Positions 54,785-64,000 of a DNA stretch of 64,000 bases are shown in pieces (the stretch's first letter is position 1; every line of letters starts with the position of its first letter). The notes under the pieces are model-generated. The model worked only from the letters and a program-made list of their open reading frames with translations. It had not been told where the DNA came from and ran no database searches. Position numbers and translations under genes: made by a program. This stretch comes from Azolla caroliniana (lineage: Eukaryota; Plantae; Polypodiophyta), in assembly GCA_043228905.1 (NCBI GenBank), contig JBHGNT010000010.1, forward strand, positions 6,510,001 to 6,574,000. Direction: 5' to 3'.

Positions 54785-56794
54785 TAGGGCCTGAATTTGA
54801 CGGGTTGGTCTTTAAGTTTTTTGACGGGCACTTTTTAAAGATGTATGTCATATGACACGAGAGTGCCAAAACTAACATGTCATTTGACATACAAGTTTTA
54901 ATAATGAAAAGCATATGATGCTTGAACTATAGAAAGTATACAAAGATACACAAATAAACATAACTACCTCACAAAGATAATGAAATCATACAAATTGAAT
55001 ATTTAAATCATCATATATTTCTTAAAACCCAAAAAACACAAAAAATGTTTATCATATCGTGACTCCTCATATCAAGCATTGTAAAATATGTCTACTTTAA
55101 TGATAATATCCTTCTCTCTTTTTCTTCATACCAAAGGTTAAATATATCCCTCCAACAAATGTTTGATGTATCTTGAGCATTCAAGGATATAAACATCAAA
55201 GCATCTAAAGTTTCCAAAGATAAACCGTTTCTAATATCATTTTTTATGATATTTTGAGTGAAAAGCCTCGTTCAGATGCTGCTGTACTAATAGGAATAGT
55301 CATACATAGTTGCCACAATTGCATAATACCCGAAAATAATTGCCACCAAGAGTTTGCTTTGCAACAAATATCCTATAGAGTATCATGAAGAGGAGGCAAT
55401 TGAAGTGGTTCACAGTTTCAAACACCTCAGTGTTACCATACCTAGTCAGCACACTTGGAATACATGGTGAATGAAACCACACAGATTCATACTATGAATT
55501 TGAGAGCATGTGGCACTTGAGCACAACCCAAAGATGGGAGATTACAACAATGTCATTGCTTTACAAAAAATGTATGGGAGGAAGCATTTCAGCAAGCTCA
55601 TGGAATGAAACAATGAAAGTATAAAAGAGATTTCACTGCCTTCATTTAGGGGGTTAAGAGCACAACCCCAGTACATCTAAAAACGGGAAGAAAGCCAATC
55701 AAGTGGTGTGAACTTCAAAGGGGTTATTCCAAGAAAATATCGAAAGTAAGGATGACAACATGAGATTGTATCCTCAATGTAGAACGTGAGACCATGTTTT
55801 ACTCTACAAGAGGTCATATGAAATGGAGATCAGCCAGTCATAGATCTAAATTTAAGTGCTATTCCAGCTGCATTTATACTCGATATTAAGAGAATTGTTG
55901 GGGGGGCTGGCCAATGCCCAAGCACAAAATACGTCCAAACATGAGATTAGTTTCTTGTAATAATTTGTGATCTCTCATCGTTTGTTAAGACAAGAATAGG
56001 GGAGGGTAGGAGGAGAGACAAATAGATTGATTTGTCATATTATTGCCGCCCATGATGACCCCCATGACTATGGCCACCCCTCAAATAAGTGGGGATCGAA
56101 CCCGAGTCAAATAAGCGAGGAATGCATTCGAGCGAGAAAATGGAGAGAAATAGAAAAAAAAGAGATAAATACATACCTCAGAGTGGTGGCAAATAGCAGA
56201 TGTGCAATCACCGAGAAGCGCCAAGGAGCAACGAGTAGTGAGCGTGCTGGGAGCAATGGGCAACGACCAAGGAACAGGGAGTAGGAAGCGAGAAGGAGCA
56301 GGGAGTAGGAAGTGAGAAGGAGCAGGCAGAAGGAAAGCAAGAAAAGAGGAAATAGGGGAAAAAGAGAAAGAGGGGGATTCGGGAATTTAGAAATGAAACA
56401 TTGAAAGCATAGTTATTAGTCACGACTCACGACTCACATTATACATAATACATATACAGTTATACTATTATAAAATGTACATTCTACAATGTACATTATA
56501 ATAGTATATGTCTTTGTAGTATCATGTATGTACATTTTATAGTATGTACATATACTACAATCTACAATATACATAGTACATATTACAATATTAAATATAC
56601 TATATATAATATGTATTATGACATTATACAATGTCATATATATATATATATATATATATATATGACATGGAAAATAAATTTTTAGCATGTCATTTGACTT
56701 GTATAAATACTTGACGGACATTTTTATTGGGTGTGTGTTTTTGACAAGCAAAATGGCCTTTGACGGGCATGACACCCGTCAAATTCCTGCCTTG
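54785..56794 (-). mobile_element. Non-autonomous hAT DNA transposon
   Basis: Imperfect 20-bp TIRs (TAGGGCCTGAATTTGACGGG / CCCGTCAAATTCCTGCCTTG); 8-bp TSD AATCGAAC/AATTGAAC; subterminal TTGACGG repeats; dimerisation-domain remnant TIPISTAASERGFS..LDALM at ~55110-55320. Confidence 0.88.
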
Positions 56795-56986
56795 AATTGA
56801 ACAAAAAAAAATAAATCCAAAATTTGAAGGCATAGGCCTAAATTTCCCAAGGGTACAAGATGAAATTTCAAAAGCTCGAGGGCAAAAGAGAAGATTTCCA
56901 AAACCTGAGGGTACTTGATAAAATTTTAAAAAACATGAGGGTAAAAATTAAAATTTTAAAAACAAAGGGGTTAAAACAAAAGCTCA
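56795..56986. repeat. Probable Mutator-like terminal sequence, continuous with GC-rich 54165-54784 before the hAT inserted
   Basis: GAGGG(T/C)A motifs about every 30 bp in A-rich context; reverse complement starts GAGCTTTTGTTTTAACCCC; partner TIR not found. Confidence 0.4.
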
Positions 56987-59900
56987 CCGGCTCCAACTAT
57001 TCAGTGTGGAAGTCGAAGATGAGGGACATGCTCGTGGTTAAAGACCTCTGGCTACCGATTCAGTTCGGGGACAAGAGACCGGACAAGATCGACGCCACAA
57101 TATGGGAGGTGATGCACATGAAGACAACAACGTACATACGATGCTTCATCGACATGAGCCTATACAACAACTTCAATGAAGAGAGCAAGGCTCATGAGCT
57201 CTGGGAGAAGATCGGCATAATGTTTCAGAACAAAAATGCTGTCAATCAGGTGTCGGTATTCCGGAAGCTAGTAAGACTCCGGTACCAAGATGGCTCCAGC
57301 ATGGCGGAGCACATGAATGCCTTCCAGGGGCTGATCCACCAAGCAACTTCATTGGAAGTACCTCTCGCCGATGAGGTACTAGCACTACTCCTGCTCGGTT
57401 CCCTCCCAGATAGCTGGGAGACGTTGGTTGTCACTTTGGGCAACGCCGGGCCGGAAGGAAAGCGGTTATCCCTAGCAAGAGTAAAGTCGAGCTTGCTAGA
57501 TGAGGAGGCGCGTCGGAAAGATAAAGATACGAGCTTCGACTCCAAAGCGCTACTTACCGAATCGGAACGCGGAAGAAATAGAAACCGTAGTCCCCAGAAC
57601 CGGGACAAGTTGGGTACACGGTCAAAGTCAAGGGGGAGGCCTACTTGTTTCTATTGCGGCAAGCCGAGACACTTCCAGAAGAACTGTCGGCACTTTCGTA
57701 AAGACAAGGAAACCGACGGTGCCGATTCGAAGCGGACCTCGGACCGGAACAGTAAAGATCGGAGGGGGCCGGACCGGAAGGGAACGACGACAATTGCGGC
57801 AAATGAAGAAGAGTTGATGCTCATCACCGAGGAGAGTGAAATAAACCTTGCCGGCGACGAGATGACTTGGGTGGTAGACTTCGGAGTGTTGTTCCACCTT
57901 ACCTCGGACCGGAAATGCTTCTCATTCTACTCAGCCGGTGACCACGGCTGTGTTCGGATGGGGAATGAAGGTACATGCCGAATTGTCGGCATAGGAGACG
58001 TGTGGCTGTCAACACCAACCGGATGCAAGTTGCTGCTGAAGGATGTCCGACACGTTCCGGAGGTTCGTCTAAACCTGATATCAGCCGGTCGGCTAGATGA
58101 TGAAGGCTACACGGGTAGCATCCGGAACGGGGTCATGAAGTTCAGCAAAGGGAGCCTGATTGTGGCTTGGGCCCGGAAGGTCAACACGCTGTACTTGATG
58201 AATGCCCAGTTATGTCCGGAAGAAGTGAACGTGGCATCCAACACTGCCGGTGTGCTGTGGCACAAGAGGCTGTGTCATATGAGCGAGAAGGCGATGAAGA
58301 GGCTTGCAGACGACAACCTCATTCCAGTGAAGAACGTGCACTTACAGAAGTGCATTGATTGTCTGGCCGGTAAGCAGAACTGGACCTCCTTCCAACCAAG
58401 GCCACCGATGAGACGTAATGCACCACTGGAGTTGGTGCATACGGATGTGTGTCACGTAGACATGACGTCACATGCCGGAGCGCAGTACTTCGTGACGTTC
58501 ATAGATGACCACAGCCGGAAGCTGTGGGCCACACCGTTGAAGACGAAGGATCAGGTGTTATCCGTCTTCAAAGAGCTCCACGCGAGAGTGGAAAGAGAAA
58601 CCGGCTGGAAGCTGAAGGCGGTTTGAGCAGATAACGTAGGAGAATACCGGGGCAGTTCGAGGAGTACTGCCGCTCGAAGGGAATCCGGCTCGAATTTACC
58701 GTGCCGAAGACGCCGGAACTAAACGGGCTGGCCGAGAGGATGAACCAGACCATAATGGAGAGGGTTAGGAGTATGCTAGCGCATGCAAAACTACCCAAGA
58801 AGTTTTGGGCTGAGGCACTGTCGACGGCGATATATGTGATAAATAGATCACCCTTAGTACCCTTGGACGGAGACACGCCATAGAGAGTATGGACCGGTAA
58901 GGAAGTATCCTACCGGCATCTGAAGGTGTTCGGGTGTCTCGCGTACGTGCATGTAGCTAAGGACCGGAGAGGAAAGCTAGATCCGAAGACCCGGCCATGC
59001 ATATTCCTCGGTTACGGTGACGATGAGTTCGGCTACCGAGTGTGGGACCCGGTCGACAAGAAGGTATTCCGGAGTCGAGATATTATCTTCATGGAGGACA
59101 AGACGGTCGCCGACTGGGAGTCGGAGAAGAAGATAATGAACTCCGAGTCGACTAGTAAGAATCGACTCTACGATGAGCAGACCCAACCGACAAGAGATCG
59201 GTTAGCACTCGAGGGACCAGCCAGTTACAGTGAGGATACCGAACAGGCTGAAGAAGAAGTAGTGGAAGCTGAAACCGGAACCGACCTAGACCCCGAATTG
59301 GATTCAGATGAAGAGCAGATGGACGAGCCGGTTACCGAAGCCCGAAGACGGAGATATCCTCTCAGAGAGAGAAGGGCGCCCCGGAGATTTCCGGACGCAG
59401 AGCATGTTCTGCTGACTGAAGAGGGGGAGCCGGAAAGCTTCGAAGAAGCGAAGGAAGACACCCACAGCCGAAAATGGTTAAGTGCCATGCAGGATGAGAT
59501 GGATTCCCTGCATGACAACCATATGTACGAATTGGTGGAGTTGCCGAAAGGAAAGCGGGCACTCCGAAACAAGTGGGTGTACAAGTTGAAACCGGGAGAT
59601 GCCGGTAACCCCCCAAGATACAAAGCCAGGATCGTGGTGAAGGGGTTCCAGCAGAAGAAGGGCGTGGACTTCGACGAGATATTTGCCCCGGTAGTAAAGA
59701 TGACCTCCATCCGGACGGTGCTGAGTATAGCAGCAAGCATGGACCTCGAGGTAGAGCAGCTGGACGTGAAGATGACATTCCTTCACGGCGACCTCGAAGA
59801 GGAGATCTACATGCAGCAACCGGAAGGATTCGTGGAGAAAGGGAAGGAGCACCTGGTATGCCGGTTGAAGAAGAGCCTGTACGGACTGAAGCAGGCTCCC

Positions 59901-60998
59901 CGACAATGGTACCGGAAGTTCGACTCCTTCATGATCGATCAAGGGTACCACAAGACGCAGGCCGATCACTGCGTGTTTGTGAAGAAGTTTGAAGGAGGCG
60001 ACTTCCTGATACTCCTTCTGTACGTGGATGACATGCTGATCGTCGGACGGGACCAAGTCAAAATACGGATGCTGAAGAAGGCTTTCAACCGGACCTTCTC
60101 AATGAAAGACTTGGGTCCGGCAAGACAGATGTTGGGGATGCACATCATCCGGAACCGGTCAGTGAAGCAATTATGGCTGTCACAGGAGAAGTATGTGACA
60201 AAGGTGCTTCACCGGTTCAACATGTCAGAAGCGAAACCGGTCGGATCGACACTTCCGGCAAACTGCAGGCTATCTGGCAAGCAAAGTTCTAAGACAAAAG
60301 CAGAGAAGGCGGATATGATGAAGATTCCATATGCCTCTGCCGTCGGGAGCTTGATGTACGCAATGGTTTGTACTCGACCGGATATAGGATACGCAGTCGG
60401 AGTGGTGAGCCGGTTCATGAGTAATCCCGGCAAGGAGCACTGGAACGCGGTCAAATGGATACTCCGGTATTTGAAGTGTACTTCAAATATGTGTCTCCGA
60501 TTCGGCTCCGGAAAACCTCAACTGGACGGTTTCACCGATTCGGACATGTCGGCTGATGTGGATACCAGACGGTCTACGTCCGGGTATGTAATGACATATG
60601 CAGGGGGAGCTGTTTCGTGGCAGTCGAGGCTGCAGAAGACGGTTGCATTGTCAACCACAGAGGCGGAGTACATGGCAGCTGTGGAAGCCGGCAAGGAAAT
60701 TTTATGGATGAAGGACTTCATCGGAGAGCTCGGTAAACGGCAAGATGAATACCGGCTCTATTGCGACAGTCAAAGTGCCATCCACCTTGCTAAGAATGCG
60801 GCCTACCATTCCCGGACGAAGCATATCCAGCGGAGGTATCACTGGATCCGGGAAAAAGTAGATGACCAGGAGTTCGCACTGACGAAGATCCAAACGGCCG
60901 AGAATGGGTTAGATATGCTAACCAAAGTGCTGACACCCGACAAGCTGGATGCATGCCGGAAGAGGATCAGACTGGTAAGACACCCCATGCCAGAGTGA
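56981..60998 (+). pseudogene. copia A gag-pol, nearly intact
   Basis: Only TGA 58624, a frameshift near 58650 and TAG 58881 seen; CFYC..H..NC, LELVHTDVC, LYVDDML, GFTDSD; protease motif reads DFGV instead of DSGA. Confidence 0.92.
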
Positions 60999-61008
60999 AG
61001 GGGGAGTT

Positions 61009-61510
61009 TGTTGGGAGACAGGTCCCTCCGGATGGGAAGGGAGAAGAATAGTGCCGATGAACAAACTCGGCCGAGGCCGAAACCGGATGAGGAGTACCCG
61101 GCTATGGAGAGCCGGATGGTGCAGACCCGGTGTGAACCGGATGAGGAGTACCCGGCTACAGAGAGCTGGATGGTGCAGGCCTGGTGTGAACCGGATGAGG
61201 AGTACCCGGCTACGGAGAGCCGGATGGTGCAGACCCGGTGTGAACCGGATGAGGAGTACCCGGCTACGGAGAGCCGGATGGTGCAGGCCCGGTGAGAACC
61301 GGATAAGGAGTACCCGGTTACGGAGAGCCGAATGGTGCAGACCCGGTGAGAACCGAAGGAAGAGACATATTCGTAAATATGTTTCTGAGAGCCCATCCAG
61401 GCTATATTTGTAAATAGCCGAAAAGTCATATTAGTATAAATATGACTTAGGGCAAACCTTTTGTTGTTGTTGTCAATTTTCTTTTTGCACGAGATTAGTG
61501 TGCGTAACTG

Positions 61511-61549
<39 letters not shown>

Positions 61550-61819
61550 GTCGTTGCCTCTGTTGTAACCGCCGCCTGTGGCGAAGATTTGTGAGCACGA
61601 GGTCGGTGCCTCAGTGAACTCACTGTTGTATATTCCTACATAGTGACAGTTTGCAACCTGTGGGTTGCCGTGGTTTTTCCCCTAGTTTGGGGTTTTCCAC
61701 GTAAACCTCCTGTGTATTCTCTTCTTCTTCTTGTCGTGTTTTATTTCCCGTTTTCTATGTATCATTCTAAGCTCGGTTGTGGCCGAGCGTCGCGCATAAG
61801 GAACGTTGCGTTCTCGTCA
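61009..61819 (+). repeat. 3' LTR of copia A with five 54-bp tandem units (61081-61350) and (GA)n
   Basis: TGTTGGGAGA..CGTCA; units start at 61081, 61135, 61189, 61243, 61297. Confidence 0.93.
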
Positions 61820-64000
61820 CTTCGGAGGGGGGTGAAGCCGTTCTAGGTTTCACCCCCCACCCCATCAACACATTGGGCCTATTTAATAGCAAAAATGTCA
61901 CGAGCGATGTGGAGGCCTTCAAAGCCGAGATGCTCATGAGGGACATCCTAGAGGACCGGTGACTGATTGGATTCGCTTGAGTCATAACACCGAGCATCCA
62001 TTCCGAGGTGCTCGAAATACAAGTTGATAGCCGCAATTGGTCAGAGTTTGAGGAGTGACTCCTCGAAATATATGGACTGAACGACTCGCTCTGAATGTCG
62101 AAAAAGGAGCTTATGGAATGGGTCAAACTTCCTGGCAAGGGAAGAAACACAACAACACTTCTTCAAGAATTTGAGAAGTGTTTCACCCGACTCTTGGCAT
62201 TAGACAAGACTGTACTCGACACGAGGAAAGTCCTGTTGTTCATAAAGGCGGTTGATGCACGTGACCAAGAGAAGGTGGATCTCCTCATGGAGACGGATGA
62301 TGGGCTCACAACTGATTAGGCCGTGGTGAAAAGGGTGTGTAGATGGTTTGACTAATGGCGGAAGTGGAATGACGAAGGGTCACCAGGGGGCCAGGTTGCC
62401 GAAAGTAGAATCGTGGATGCCCCCATTCAAGCCAAAGAGACAAGAGGGCGAGCTGACACAAGCCCGCCAACCCTGACAAACATGGTTGAAGGGCCGTCCA
62501 GAGGGTTCGCATTGGATAAGCTTACAAAGATGGTGCGGGACCTTCAGATCGCCCAAGCTTGGAGAGACGGCGGGGTCCCCCCTCACGACTGATAGCCACC
62601 ATATGTCCAAATGTGCATATGGTGCGACAACGGCAACCACATACAAAAAGACGGCTCCGACTTTGCAAAAGCTCTAAAGAATAACGTGGTGTACCTCTAG
62701 AATGGCTGGGTGCATGCTAGTGAAACGCGGAGGTCCCTAGAGATGGACACTGGCTGGGGTGGCATGAAGAGGTTGATGGAAGAAGAAGAGGCACAACACG
62801 TTGATGCCATCCACTACTCGGTTTCAGCTGGAATCTGGGTAGGTGGTTGGCTGGATTTTGACCGGTTGTACTTGAAGGCTTCTCCAAGAAGAGGCTAAAG
62901 AGGGAAGCAATTGCTTGTGCAAAGAGGTGTATCTTGGAGGTTACCGGATGGGATGATCCAATGGAGGAGTGGACAGATATGAAATCAATCTTATGTCAAT
63001 GGACTTCTACAATAAGGGAACGTGGCTGATTAACACGAAACATGGGTGGAAGATATGAGCGGCGACCAGGGCCACAGAGGAATTGCATGGTGCATGTCTG
63101 AATGTCTGGGTCAAGGTGAGAGACGTTGAGATTTATCAACGCGTCTTCGGACAGGAGACGTTCTCTCATTCGGTTATATTGGGCGAACCATATATAATGA
63201 CAAATCATATGGAGATAAATGTGCTAGACAACGGGTTGGCATACACACAAGTGAAGAGCCATGATGGGAAACACTCTATCCAATTGAAGGTCTAGCCGAA
63301 TCATGAGAGGAACGGAGACTCCCTTGGCGACGAATGATGGGAGGATTTTTGAGGAGGGCTATTAAGGCGTGGGGCCACGATAGCCTGAGAAGACGATTGA
63401 AACCCCACCCCTATTCCACCACCTCCAAAATAGATAGAAAGTTTTGGCTCTTCGAAAATGAAGGATGTACCATAAGCGGCATAGGCGGCTGGGAGAAGTG
63501 AAGAGTCAGGAAGATCGAGGAGCATCTCAAGTCGTGCGGAGTGATAGACCTCGACGACTGTATCGGCAACGCTGTAGAGGCGGTCTCATTCGATGACAAC
63601 CTAGGAGAGTTGGAGGAGGTGTTCTGGGCGGGCCTGAGTAAAGATCAAATGATTTTGGTGAACTCCGTTGACATGTACAAAGTTGGGGGGGGGGGGGGGG
63701 GTGGGGAGATCGGACAACCGACGTTAACACCAAGTACAAGACTTTGGACCGGAGGGTGGGGCCAATCACGCCATCCTTACTGGAGGACAAGTGGGAACAA
63801 ATGAAAGGGGTTGCACCTGATCCTAGCTTACGAGACCTGTGTGACATAGGACATTGGTTCTTTGACAAGACGCTGTGTAGGTTCAAGATTGCTGGGGGTG
63901 GCCTCCTACTGCCCACGGAGGAAAAAAACTTATGGATGATGCTCGAGAGCCATGGAAAGGCTTTCGCTTTTGCGCCTAATGAGATAGGGTGCGCCGACCC
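61820..64000 (+). mobile_element. Degenerate gypsy gag-protease-pre-RT region, running off the window
   Basis: GLFNSKNVT, CIWCDN..H, SETRRSL..GWGGMK, EINLMS, AFAFAPNEIGC; related to 48854-51520. Confidence 0.75.

Larger units (their letters stand above)
56981..61819 (+). mobile_element. Ty1/copia element A (Tnt1/Tork-like), lightly mutated, 5' LTR and PBS missing
   Basis: gag-PR-IN-RT-RH; PPT GAAGGGGGAG 60997-61006; 3' LTR 61009-61819. Confidence 0.93.

Noticed and set aside
56860-56980. Native Gag N-terminus
   Set aside because: A-rich non-copia sequence; homology to copia B gag starts at KLTGSNY
59225-60454. Antisense ORFs over copia and gypsy pol
   Set aside because: Shadow ORFs of GC-rich coding sequence with no recognisable motifs
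61081-61350. CRISPR-like array or 18-aa repeat protein (ORFs 61008, 61051, 60839)
   Set aside because: Head-to-tail units with no unique spacers, inside an LTR; the ORFs arise because 54 is divisible by 3

Overview
Eukaryotic land-plant nuclear DNA; the TE families suggest a fern or other seed-free plant (inference). It is mostly nested, methylation-decayed transposons around two host genes, both on the minus strand. One is a 6-exon class-B ADP-ribosylation factor (ARFB1-like, 196 aa, 23692-40473) whose introns are inflated by TEs. The other is an SLT1/HSP20-like gene with a single coding exon (45190-46665). TEs: an Athila-like Ty3/gypsy with a ~940-970-codon extra ORF after pol (1-9139); two Tnt1-like copia elements (11151-20140, ~56981-61819); solo LTRs with intact TSDs; L1/Tx1-type LINE pieces; an RTEX-like LINE family with a (TTTC)n tail; a non-autonomous hAT; and further gypsy/copia remnants. 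No prokaryotic system, CRISPR array, rRNA or tRNA gene is visible. The most unusual signals are the gypsy extra ORF, the RTEX-like LINE family (C-terminal PIP-box motif, conserved 3' hairpin, TC-repeat targeting, co-oriented cluster in ARF introns) and a candidate intron-spanning uORF in the SLT1 leader. All coordinates and alignments were read by eye.
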